From NCBI GenBank assembly GCA_016748015.1, contig JAAOMT010000630.1:377308-441307 (forward strand): 64,000 nucleotides of DNA, in the 5' to 3' direction. The position numbers and the translations under genes are program-made. Position 1 is the first letter of the stretch. Each line of letters begins with the position of its first letter. The stretch is from Geosiphon pyriformis uo1 (lineage: Eukaryota; Fungi; Glomeromycota). Below, piece after piece: positions 52,292 through 64,000 of the stretch. The notes beneath the pieces are model-generated. The model was not told the origin of the DNA, searched no databases, and saw only the letters and a list, made by a program, of their open reading frames with translations.

Positions 52292-55200
52292 AATATTACA
52301 GATAATTATTTGGGGTCTCAAAGCAAATAACAAACCCATAACTTGGTACTCAATTGATATAATGTTGTTGGTAATATCTGAAGATGTTGTTTTATCTGAA
52401 GGTTTTTTTGTGGAGTTCTTTGTATAATGGACAGAGATTCAATGATGATGTAGTTGGTTGGTGAGTTGTGTTCCCAATTTCTGTCTTTAGCTTGGTGGCC
52501 GGTTTAATCTGGCAGTCATGTCTTTTTAGTAAGCTATCTATTAATATATATAATTCTATCTTTATTTCTGGGTTTTTTATCAGGCTATTTTTGACGTCAA
52601 TTACTCAGTGTTTAATCTTTTTAATCAATAGTAAGTCAACAAACAAAAGAAAATAAAAAAAAATAAAAAAAAAATAAGAAATTAGAAATAAGCCAAGGCA
52701 ATTCAAGTTAATATTCTATCAATAGCTATGATCAAGAACTATTGTTCCAATGTAATTAAGTGTTGGATTTTATCAACATGAAGTGTTGATAAATGGAAGA
52801 GTGATTATATTTTCAAACAAATGACAATAAAATGAATTTGAAGAATTGAAGAGATTTTTTATTTATATAATTCCATTTCAGTTGATAACAACTATTCTTA
52901 AAATGAAGGTTAATAAATAGAGAAGAAAGGAGATTGCTCTAAATTAATAAAACTCTATTAAATTCTTCAGGAATTACTTTTTCTGTTTTTAACACTCTCA
53001 CTATATATATATAATTTATGTTATATGAGATTCTGCATATTCGTAAGCAATGTGCCATGATTTCTCAAGCAATACTTATATTGCTGAGCAATGTGCTCAC
53101 GTATTAAATACTATTTTTTTATTGGTCTATTTTCTCTATCTGTTTTTCCTACTATTTTCTTGTATTCTTTTTCTATGAGTAATAATGTTCATTTTACAAG
53201 ATTGTTTTAGATTACTTGGTAATTGAAGATGAGTTGGTAGTTAAACTTAATAAGGTAAAGCTTAAAGTGAATGTGATTATGGAAGGGTAAACAAGGAAGT
53301 GGACAGTGCTTCCAAGGATGTCCAATCTTTAGTTCTGTTAATATATGTCTCTGGATTATGTAAATAATGATGTTTTTTCTGGTGTAATAAAAGAAATTAA
53401 TATGAAAGAACTGTCTTTGGGTGTTGATAATTTGCCAAATAATAAAACTGCCAGATTGTCAAAAATATTTAATGAACTTTGGAAACACTGTAGTAATAAG
53501 GTGTTGACTTATCTCTTAGAACTATTAAATTTATGCTTGTCTTCGGGTGCAGTTCCAATTTTTTGGAAGAGAGCATGGGTTTTAATGATCCCAAACCTTT
53601 ATAAATAAAATAGTGTCTTAATCAATATTAGGTCTATTGTACTGATCAAAACTGTCTGAAAAATCTTGTTTAAGATTTTTTCTGATCAGATATTGTCAGC
53701 ATGCAGCAGATTTGATGTTCTTTGTGATAATAATTTTTTGGTATTAAAGAATATTTCAACTCGTCTCTTATTTTTGCTATTAGTTTAGTTGTTAAAAACA
53801 CTTTGGAGAAGAATAGAAAACTTTGGTTGGTGTTGTAAAGCTTATGATCTAGTAGACTGGTATTATTTGAAGACTAGTTTGCATTGTATTAAGATGTGCA
53901 GTTAGTTTATCGAGTTTTTTGGCAACATCTATAAAGATCAAATCAACAAGGTAATAACAGATTTTGGCCTCTTAAATAATTATAAGATCTATGATAGTTT
54001 GGATTAAAGTAAAATTTTCTTCTTACTTCTTTGGCAAATATTCTACAATTTACTTTTATATAAAGTTAAGAGACATGAACACTTGTATGGCTACTGTATT
54101 GATACAAAGTTTGTGGTAAAAACTGGCAAAATTAAGACTGTTGAGAGAAAAAATTTTTTTTGGCTGCTGGTGTCTTTTAATAATACTATTTGGATTAGAA
54201 GCTATTAGACTTCTATACAGTACATTTTAGATATTGCTAGTAAGTTTTTTGTTATCAATAACATTTCCATTAATAATAATAAAACAGTGGCTATTTCAAT
54301 CAATTAAAGTGTTAAGACTACCTCACTTTTGATTAATAGTTTACTGATTTTAATTGCTAAATAAGATAAATCACACAGGTACTTGAATATCTTTTTGTTC
54401 ACAGAAAGTCTTTTTAAGCCTAGTTTGGTTCAGGCTTATACAAATGTCAGATTCTTTTTAAATGTGGTGCTCAAGAAAACTATTACAGATAAACAATTTT
54501 CTTATTTGGTTTTACCTGTTTTCTAACTCATATTTAGCAATTAGATGTAGGTTAATTTTGTTTCATCAGGTATGTATTGCAAGTGGAATGTTATGATTAA
54601 AGAAGATCTTAGATCTAAGGCTGGTTTGTTATGTGATTTTCTTAATAAGACTTTGCATTACTTTTTTTTGTATGGTTTGAAATCTTTTAAACAAGTACAA
54701 TCCAAAGAGAAATTAGCTTTACTAGTTTTCTTTTCCAATGCCTAGAGCATTTTTGAATATTTATTTAAACATAGATTTTTGAATTTGCAAGTTCTGGAGT
54801 AGTTTTCTTTGAATTCTTTACAGCATTCTGTCAAGTTGTAAATTAGTCTAGTAAATAATTTTTTGGCTGGTGTGGTGAAAATTTTTTTAGAAAATGAGCT
54901 GTTTTTAATAAACAATTTATCTAGTGCTTTTCATGGGTCTGGCAGATTTCTAATATCTGGCATTTTAAGGCATTGCTTGTATTATAATTCTGTTTTTTTT
55001 TTGAGGCAATTTGGTATTGCTTTTGGTGATAGACTTCTGGACAAAAAGAAGAAGATAATGGACTGAAAAACATTTTGGCAGTAGAAAAAATTGGATTCAA
55101 AAGGCCCTGTACCTTACTGGTTTACTTTAACAGCTGAGTTTATAAACAAACAAGTTTCTTTGGAAATTGAATCTGCTAATTTTTCTGGACTGCCAGTGTT

Positions 55201-58200
55201 GAGTGTTCTAGATTTTGAAACATTCTCTGATATCTGTGATAGTCTAATAAAGATTTGGTTTAATAGTATTGAGGTTTACACAAATAAGTCCTGGTATTGG
55301 TTTTATTGAATTATAAATGATACAGCTGCCTATTTCTCAGCTACTAACATAAGTATTGGAGTTAGAATGCATGGGCTTCTGTTTTTTACTTTGGCTGAAT
55401 TGCAAGCCATTGCTTTGGTCTTGGAGTGTATTCTATTTTTTTGTATTGTGGTTTTGTATTTGGACAGTTAATCTGCTATTAATAGTTATGTGTTAGAAAC
55501 TTTATTTGCTGTGCCTGACTTTAGTAATCAATGCTAGATCAAAAGATTACATATTGTCAATCTTATTAAGAATAAAGACATTTTGGTTAAATAGGTGAAG
55601 ATTAAAAAACATATAGAAATTCCAGACAATATTAAGACTAATAAACTGGCAGAAATAACTGCTTTTTCCTCATTTTCTTTATCAGTTGAGATTTGAGAAC
55701 AATTTTTGGTTGCTAAGAATATTGCTATGTCTGATAATGCTTATTATTTTGTTTATAATCTGTATTAGTCAGTTTGCCATACTTGTTGGAAGGCTGGTTT
55801 TGGTTATGATATTGTTCCAAGTGCCATGATTAAAAAGATAAATTGGACTACTACTGTTAAGTTGTGGCATCTTGATTTACACATGTTTTCTGAGTTTACT
55901 AGCAGAAACTTGGCCAATATATATACTTATTTGATAAAAGCAGTACATAAACAGTTGTTAGTAGTAGTTAGAAAGAGATTGTATAACAAAAATTATTCTG
56001 AGGTACTGTGCTTGCTGTGTAATAAGGTGGAGTTGTTTGATCATGTTTTTATTTGTTCTGGTGACATTGAACTCTGTGAGAACATTTTGACTAAAACTAC
56101 TAAAAGATATGTGTCATTGACAATCTTTTTTGCTTATCTGTATTAGCTATTTTGCATTGATTTTCAATGTGTTCTTTGAACATAAGTCTGTATACTGCTA
56201 TATGTAAGAGTTTTGTGTTGAAAAATTGGTATGCTGAGACTACTTTGGTTTTTGATAAAAAAAAAAGGGCTGCTTTGGCTCTTGTTGATTATGTTAGGTT
56301 TGTGGTCAAATTGTTTTGCACTAAGGTGTAGTTTATTAAGTCCAAGCACAGGACAGATATAGAGAAAACTGGTTTGGTTAAAGATAGTGATATTGTTTAG
56401 GCTTGTTTCAATATTTGGTATCTTTGTTGTTAAATAAAATGATTTATATGCTTAGTGTTTTGGAATTTTTTGTTGTTAATTTTGGTAGACACAGAATGTA
56501 TCATTTTTTTTCTGGTTTAGATAGTGATATTTTTATTAATATAAGTGCATAGTATTATCTTGTCTGGCCCAAGTGGCTGGCTATATGTAGTAAATGCATG
56601 AGCTGCATTTAGTGTGTTCAACTTAGTTTAATTCTATATACTAGATAGCAGTTGAATTTCATTCATAAATCACATAATAAAAAAATAAAATACAAAAGAA
56701 AAAAAAATTATTTTACTTAACAGATTTTTAGTTTGTTAAATATTATATTTTCACTAATACAAAGAAAAATTAAAATAAAATTCAACTTAATAAATTAACA
56801 ATTTACTAGTATCTTATAAAAAAGTAAATTATTAAAAATATTTTATGTAATAAATCTTATTACTAATTAGCAATAAGTTTAATTTATATAAAATTTGTTG
56901 TGTTTTAATTTTAAACAATTTAAAATGAAACATAGTTTTAATATGAAAACATTGCAAATTAAACTCAATAAATATAGCAACTATTATAAAAATTAAATAT
57001 TAAAAAAGTTTTAGAAGCTTTACAAATAAAAATATATAGTTTTTTAAAAAATTACTTCAATTACAACTTAAAAAGCTTAAAATTATTAGAGTTATTATTA
57101 ATTGTAATATTATTAAGTTTCTAAAAATTACTAAAAATATCAAATACTAAATAAATTCAAATATTAATTTTATTACAATGGCATCTTAGTTATTTGTTTA
57201 GAAATAATTATTTAATAAGCTAAATTTAGCTTGTTAACTTTTTTATTATAATACTTAAAAAACTAGGTTAAAGTAATTTGAAAATAATTTATAATAATAA
57301 AAAAGTCATTTTTATAATCTGTATTAAAATCGAAAGAACTTCTATCATATATGAAAAACCTTATAATGATTAAAAGATTACAGTATAACTGTTAAAATTT
57401 AGAAAAAAATATTAAAATTATTTGTTAATAAAAACACAAATTCTGTAAAGATTAAACTAAAACAACATGAGTATTTATCTAATGATAGATTATTTGTTAA
57501 GTCTCTTATATATTAGCCAACAGTTAAAGTTATCCAGAAAGTACATAATTTGGAAATAACTAATAAAATCATTATATTAGATCGGAGTGTACAATTGGCA
57601 ATAATAAAAAATATGGAGTATGTTGTATTACAGATTCTATTTTTGAATATTTGTGTATAGAAAATATGTCTTAATCATTTTTTTATAAGGCAAATATGAC
57701 TTTGTCAGTTTTATATATGATAATGTTTTCACTATATGATTTTCTAATACTATTACTATATCCCAAAAAAGTTGTGAGTTTTTGGAAGCATTATAATCAA
57801 AAAAATATATGAAAAAATATTTACTAGAATAAAGAAAATAAGAAATATAATAGTCTTGTAAAAGCTCTTATTGAATGTTTTTCAGATAAAAATAAAATTG
57901 CAGACTTGTTTTTAATAATCTAAAATTTTATTATAAACAATTGTTAATTGTTACCTTTTTAGATCTTTAAAATAATAACTCTTATTTGAAAATTCACAAT
58001 TAGTTTAAATTTTATTTAAGCATTACAATTTGTTAGAAATTAAAATTTAATAATACTATATTATTAATTAACAATTTCCCTATACAATTTTGAATTTAAA
58101 ATGTTTAAACTTATTAGATTATAAGATAATAATAAAACAATAATTACTATAATTAAAGTAATAAACACCAGTCAGTTAACTAATGAACACATGTAAAAAT

Positions 58201-61200
58201 TTTGAAACTCTAAATAGATTGTATCATTTTCTTCTTTAATAACCGTAATTGAAATTTCAATATTCAAAAAAAAATGCAATTGAAAATGCTTTTCAAACTA
58301 TTAGTAACATTATATTTTTTGCTTTAATCTTTATTTTTGCATTTCAGAAAATAAATTTTTTGAATCAAATTTAACTGATAAAAGCAGTTAATGTGATATT
58401 AACTATTATACCGACCAGAAGCAATGTAAAAAAATGCGAACCTATCACCTTAAATAAATAAAAAGTTATCAAATATTCAATTCAATTTAACTATAAATAG
58501 TAATTATCTGCAAAAAGAAATAACCTTTTTCATAAAAATATAGCTATTAATATTATTGCAATAATGTTGATTTCAATTATATTCTTTCAAAAAAAGTATT
58601 ATATGATATACAATTTGATAGAAATTAGATGTTGAAAATTAACTTGAAACCTGAACGCCTTATATAAAAAACCCTTATGTGAATGAATGCTAATGGGAGT
58701 AAACTACTTATTTTAGATTATTTGTTAAAGAAATGTGAAGTTGGAAAAATTCTTGGCCTGATAAGATTCTCTTTTAACTGGAATGGTTAAAACTAATTGA
58801 TCGTTAAAGTCTCAACAAAATTACGTTTTGGTGAGATTCTTAGTTCCTATTTTTGATTCAGACATAAAAGTCCAATCAGTGTGGCTTAAAATCATTTAAT
58901 ATTGTGTATTTTATGAATTTCTGTTATATAATTTTTAGAATATTGACTAAATTCTGTTTATTCTGCTATTTTTTACGTATCTTCATGCGCAAATAAGTGA
59001 ATGGCAAAAAGCGCTCACTAATCGGGAGATTAAAAAATATGTTTATATTGTCTCACCTCACTTTCTACGGTATCTTTATAAATTGTTTCCTTTATTTTTC
59101 TTCTATTCAACTATATGTATCATTTTGAAAGGATACAAATGGAGACAGAGAAAGATTGACTTATCCAACATCATAATAATCTGTTCAGTATTAATTTTCC
59201 ACTAGAGCAAAGGAAAATTGAAAGGAAAGTTTATCATCAACATTTCATAAGGAAGAAGATTATCAAAAATATTTTATAGAATCACTAACCAGTAATAAGT
59301 TAGATTTATATGACATCAGTGAAATTCAGATCTTGGACAATCCGATATATTGTCACATTGTGAAAATCTAGTCGAATTACAACCTTAAAGGCTCGAAGTC
59401 ATTGATATTATCACTGATGCCAAAAGTTTATTTATTTTAGCATACATCAATTTTAAATTAAAATGATTTCCTTTAGATTCTTGTTTAAGAATTTCTAATA
59501 GAATTGTAACGCAAGAATAATTTTCATACAAGCGAGATGCTATAAACTATAAAAGAAAATAACATTCTGATAATTGCATCTAGGTTTTAAAATCATTAAA
59601 CCTTAAGTTCAGCAAAAAGAAATTTGCTAAAATGGATAAATTTTAAAGAAAAAAATTAGTTAATTAAAAAGTATAGTTTTAAATGCTATTATTTAGATAA
59701 AAAACTGTATTTTATATTATTAATTTAAGTTATTTTATGAAAAATAAATCCTTGCATGTATATTACCTTAGACTTGAATCTAATTTTTTTGAATATGAAG
59801 TTTGAATATTTTTCGTTCTAAACTTGACATTAATATCTCAACCTTTAATTTGATAAAAATAATGAATAGCAAGATTATTTTTGTAACACTTGAAAGTATT
59901 ATTGTTGAATCAAATAGTTCATAACCTTCAGATATCTTGAGAAGCAGAAAATTCAGCATTAATTATTGAGAGTAAACATGAATTGAAATATTTTTAAATA
60001 TTTAGCAAAAAAATTTGAACAAATTAATTAATACAATTAATATTAACACTTCGAAAAAAAGAAGAAAAGCTTCCAATAACAATAGTATATTGTCTTTGAT
60101 TTTTTTATTTTTGACTATTTATTAACTTGTTATCTCAACTTTAGCAATAATTTTAAATTGTATGATTACATTTTATTTTTGTAAATTAAAATTTACAGAT
60201 TATATACTAAAATGTAAAATATTTAATTCGTAATATATATTTTTTAAAAAAAATTTTCTATACTGTGATTATATTATTTGTAATTGTTTTTAATTATGAA
60301 ATTAAGATTTTAGAGGTTTGAAAAGTAAAACATTGATATAATTACAGTATAACCAAATAATCAATTGCTTTATTAAAAATATTTTATTGATTAATTCTAT
60401 ATTATCTCATTCATAATTTTCAATCTAGTCGTCATTTTTACATGATCAAGAATTTCAACAATTACTCTCTCAAGACCATCATAACCGCTATTATCTGCCT
60501 TCTGGTCAATATTTTTCTATACATTTAATTGATTATGCTGCTTCCAGAAACTCTGAACTTTTCTAGCATCAACTGAATTACAAACCTTATTAAATGACAG
60601 TTCTAAAAAATTGTTTAGTTAAGGTTCATGACTCCGAAGGATATTTCCATGTTTTAAATTTCATTCTCAGATGAAACATTTTGGAATCATTGAATTTTTT
60701 TCATCCTAGAAACTCAAAACAAAAAATATGTATTAACCCTAAACTTTGGCGTTCTCAGAACCACATGAAACACATAATTGATTGGTTTCAATAATTTGTT
60801 GACATGATGCTTCCTATGCAGAAAATACAGCTTATGTAATGTGGACACATTCGGTTTTTTAATAACACCCTCTTTCACATAAATTTTACTTCTGAATAAT
60901 CAATTTTGCTTCTAGCTACTTTTTCGAAGCCAAAATCTGGTAAAGTAATCAGATTTCTTTTTTCGAGTTAAATTGTAAGAGCCCTTTGTAAGATATTCAT
61001 TGATCAAGCTTTTCTTGACTAGCTGAAATTATTATTTCTTAGATATGAAAATTGTTGTTTGAAAGAAAAAAAATTAAAAATATGTAAGCAAAACAGAATA
61101 AAAATGCTTTTGATGGCTTATAAGAGGTGTATCATGACTTTTTATATTTTGATCTGAAAGGTTTTGTATTTAGCCCGATAAGGAAAATATATCCATGTTG

Positions 61201-62146
61201 AAATTTTTTTATCATTACAATGAGTTAGTCTTTAGAAAGTTTCGAAAGAAGAAAGGTTTATATATAACATGAAGTTTTTTAAAACAAACACATGACTATA
61301 TATTTAGTAAAAAAACTTTTTAATACTCTTTTTTTGGAATTCTTTGGATTTTACTATGTTAAAAATAATTTTAAGATTTAATATATATCAAATTTCGGCA
61401 AAAAAAGTAATCAGAACTTTTGTAAATAAAATGAATTATTAATATTTTTATTTCAAGTTTAAAACCTAAAGATTTTAAAGATGCTAAGATAAAAATTTCT
61501 TATAGCAATATTTTGTCTGATCAATATTAAGAATTTTTAAACAATTTTTCGTTCCACTTTTTTTCTAAATATTATTCGTTTATCAACTTTCACAATTCTT
61601 CATTTTTTACCCAAATATGAACTATAATAAGTCCAATCATATTCTAAGCCAGAAAAGCTTCTCTTTGAGTTCATGTATGTGTTTACAAGCATTTTATTCC
61701 CAAAAACTTTTAAAAAAATCAAATGGTGCAATAATATTTGCAAGTTTCTGACTACAATTCCAAATTTAGTCAATTTTGCCTTTTGAATTTAATTGTTTTT
61801 TATTAAGGTTTCAAACCTGTTTTTATACTCTTGATTTTAACAAGTAAAATATTTTATTTTTACACTTATTTTTATTTATTTTGTTTATAAATTCGGGCTT
61901 ATTCATATTAGTATTTTTGAGTTATAGCATTACTTATCAATTCTTCAAAAATCCATAAGGCAAATTAACTTATTTTAACTAGCCAATTATATTTAAAGCT
62001 TAAAAGATTTCAACCATTTTGATCTTAAATAATAACCGATCATCTGTCAATCACATATAGTATAAAACTCAGTGCTGTGAAAATACCTTTCCTTAAAGAC
62101 TGCAGATTGAAATATCAATATTTCAAAGCTATTATACCTTTTACCA

Positions 62147-63625
62147 ATGGCACCCCAGCAATTCTTTCAGGCTTTATCCGATGATTTTGGAAATTTACTG
62201 AATAGTCAGAATTTTTCTGATGTTAGGATTGTTATTGGAGAAGCGCCTAATATTAGAACTTTTCATGCTCATTCACAAATTTTAGCAGCAAGATCTCCAT
62301 ATTTTGCTGTAGCACTCTCTAGCGATTGGGTTAAAAGAGAAAATAATACGATTATCTTTAATAAACCTAATATTTCTCCCAATATTTTTGAGATAATTCT
62401 CAGGTAAAGTTTTTCATTTGTTTTAAAGTATTCTGGTCAATATAAATTTATATGTTATATTTTCCTGTACAGATATATTTATAATGGCGAGATTTCTCTT
62501 GATAATCATGGAGTACCTACCATTTTAGAATTGCTTGTTACCGCTGACGAGCTTATTCTAGGAAACTTTATTGAACCCCTTGAAAACTATTTGATTGAAC
62601 ACCATGCAAAAGAGCTGGAAAAAAATTTCGCCATTTTGCAGAAAACTTCATTTATGCATGATTCTTTCAAAAAAGTTAAAAACTTCTGCACCGAAATAGC
62701 TGCTAAAAATCCAGCTATAGTCTTCAACTCGCAAGATTTCACCTCCCTCAGTGAAAATGTTCTTTCCTCAATTTTAACTCGGGATGACCTAAATATAGAA
62801 GAATCTGAAATATGGGAAAAAATTGTGCAATGGGGAGTTGCTAAATTGGATAAGAATATTCAGATGAAAGAAATTCTTAACTGGACAGATGAAAACTTCA
62901 ACGCCTTTAAGGAAGCCATTGAAAGACTTTTACCTTTAATCCGGTTCTTTAACATATCTTCAGTTAACTTTTATCACAAAGTAAAACCATTTGCGAGAAT
63001 CCTACCTGGAACTTTATATGAAGATCTTTTACATCATTACCTCGTACCGGGTAGTCATCAAGAGTCGGTAGACGCTCAGCCATTACGTTGTTCTCGATCA
63101 AATATTGATTCAAAAATTCTTCAATCGCATAATATAAGACAACTAGATCATTGGATTCAGGGCAAAGACGAAAATACCCCTTTTGAAAATCAACTTGGAA
63201 ATGATTTTAAATTGTTACTTCGAGGCAGTCGAGATGGATTCACTCCAGCCGATTTTCATCGATTATGTGATGATAAAGGAGCAACAGTTACTGTATTCAA
63301 AGTGAAAGGAACTGGTCAGCTAATTGGCGGATATACCCCACAATCTTGGCATCAAAAGGGATATATAAATGGAGAAGGAAGTTTTATTTTTTCCCTTGGA
63401 GATGTCAAAGCTGTAAATGGTAAACTTAGCAGATTTGTTACTGGATATGGACCCTCTTTTGGAAATGGCAATATTTGGCTGTTTGGGAAAAACTTTCAAA
63501 ATAATTCAGGGTGCTATTTTAGAAAAACAACAGATTATGAGCATTCTATAATACCTGGATCGGAAAATCAAACGGTGAGATTCTTTTCCGAGGAGTATGA
63601 AGTTTTTCAAATCAGAAAAAGATAA
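62147..63625 (+). CDS. BTB/POZ-BACK-TLDc protein (divergent paralog); exons 62147-62403 and 62473-63625 (~469 aa)
   Basis: BTB motif FHAHSQILAARSPYF. Intron GTAAAG..CAG sits at the same phase-2 position as in the other two copies. TLDc motifs LLLRGSRDGF..FHRLCDDKGAT..YEVF. Confidence 0.92.
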
Positions 63626-64000
63626 ATTTAGTTTTATTAATTAAGTTTCCTATTTTTTATTAAATTTAACATGAATTTTTACCAAATATTATTTCATGAA
63701 TTTTATAGTCACTACATTCTCAGTAAATATTATTTGAGAATGTCTTTTTTTGAAAGAAATTTCAGCGAGCTTTTAAATAAGATAAAGCATTATTTACCTA
63801 AAATTATTCTAACAAAAGCTCTTTAGCTTTGTGATATATTTTATTGTAAGTGAAAAATGCAGCACTTTTGAATTTCCACAATTGCTTGAAATTAGGTCAG
63901 AAGCACTAGAAATAAAACTTATTTTAGATATAGCCTTGAAATGCATAGCTTGCTTGGGTTATAGTTAAGAGCTATTAAGTAAACAGAATTTTAGATTAAA

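Larger units (their letters stand above)
49733..53184 (-). mobile_element. Non-autonomous, internally deleted LTR retrotransposon (second family), 4-bp TSD ATGT
   Basis: LTRs at 49733-50713 and 52294-53184; ATGT at 49729-49732 and 53185-53188; polypurine tract AAAGGAGGGAATAA at 50714-50727; decayed PBS at 52274-52291. The 1.58-kb interior has no RT or integrase. Confidence 0.88.
37990..56710 (+). mobile_element. Full-length decayed LINE of the same family, interrupted by three LTR insertions (39050-39931, 41433-49071, 49733-53184)
   Basis: Removing each insert plus one TSD restores the reading frame: ERIGGKTCII, VNDILKFFDTDHK, ILKCSFYKIVLDYL. ORF1 has a degenerate zinc knuckle (YKKYGKFGHSALEC). 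ORF2 has endonuclease (LIWKITTCNI), RT region, RNase H (IEVYT, LAELQAIAL) and CLLC..DHVFIC. A-rich tail near 56680-56710. Confidence 0.88.

Noticed and set aside
59130-59420. Coding-like fragment (..HKEEDYQKYFIESLT..)
   Set aside because: Short, interrupted and with no recognisable family.

Overview
This is very AT-rich eukaryotic DNA with GT-AG introns. The gene families (BTB-BACK-TLDc proteins, class-3 lipases) and transposon types point to a Glomeromycotina/Mucoromycota fungus; resemblance to Geosiphon-like genomes is an inference. 1-26.7 kb holds one intact 3-exon class-3 lipase, a tandem pair of BTB-BACK-TLDc genes with an assembly gap between them, a 4-exon secreted lipase-fold gene that has lost its catalytic Ser and His, its deleted pseudogene paralog, and a probable secreted-protein pseudogene. 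26.8-56.7 kb is a transposon nest of three decayed RNase H-bearing LINEs and a ~132-bp satellite. The third LINE is split by three LTR insertions, each with a 4-bp target-site duplication (TSD): a solo LTR, a near-complete Ty3/Gypsy element, and an internally deleted LTR element carrying a dUTPase fragment. A third BTB-BACK-TLDc gene ends the window. The most interesting signals are in the Gypsy element: an elongator-tRNA-Met primer-binding site (PBS) plus split copies of the same tRNA's anticodon arm inside the LTR (one box recurs in the unrelated second LTR family), a -1 frameshift site, an intact unexplained third ORF, and LTR divergence made only of transitions. All analysis was by eye; boundaries of decayed elements are approximate.
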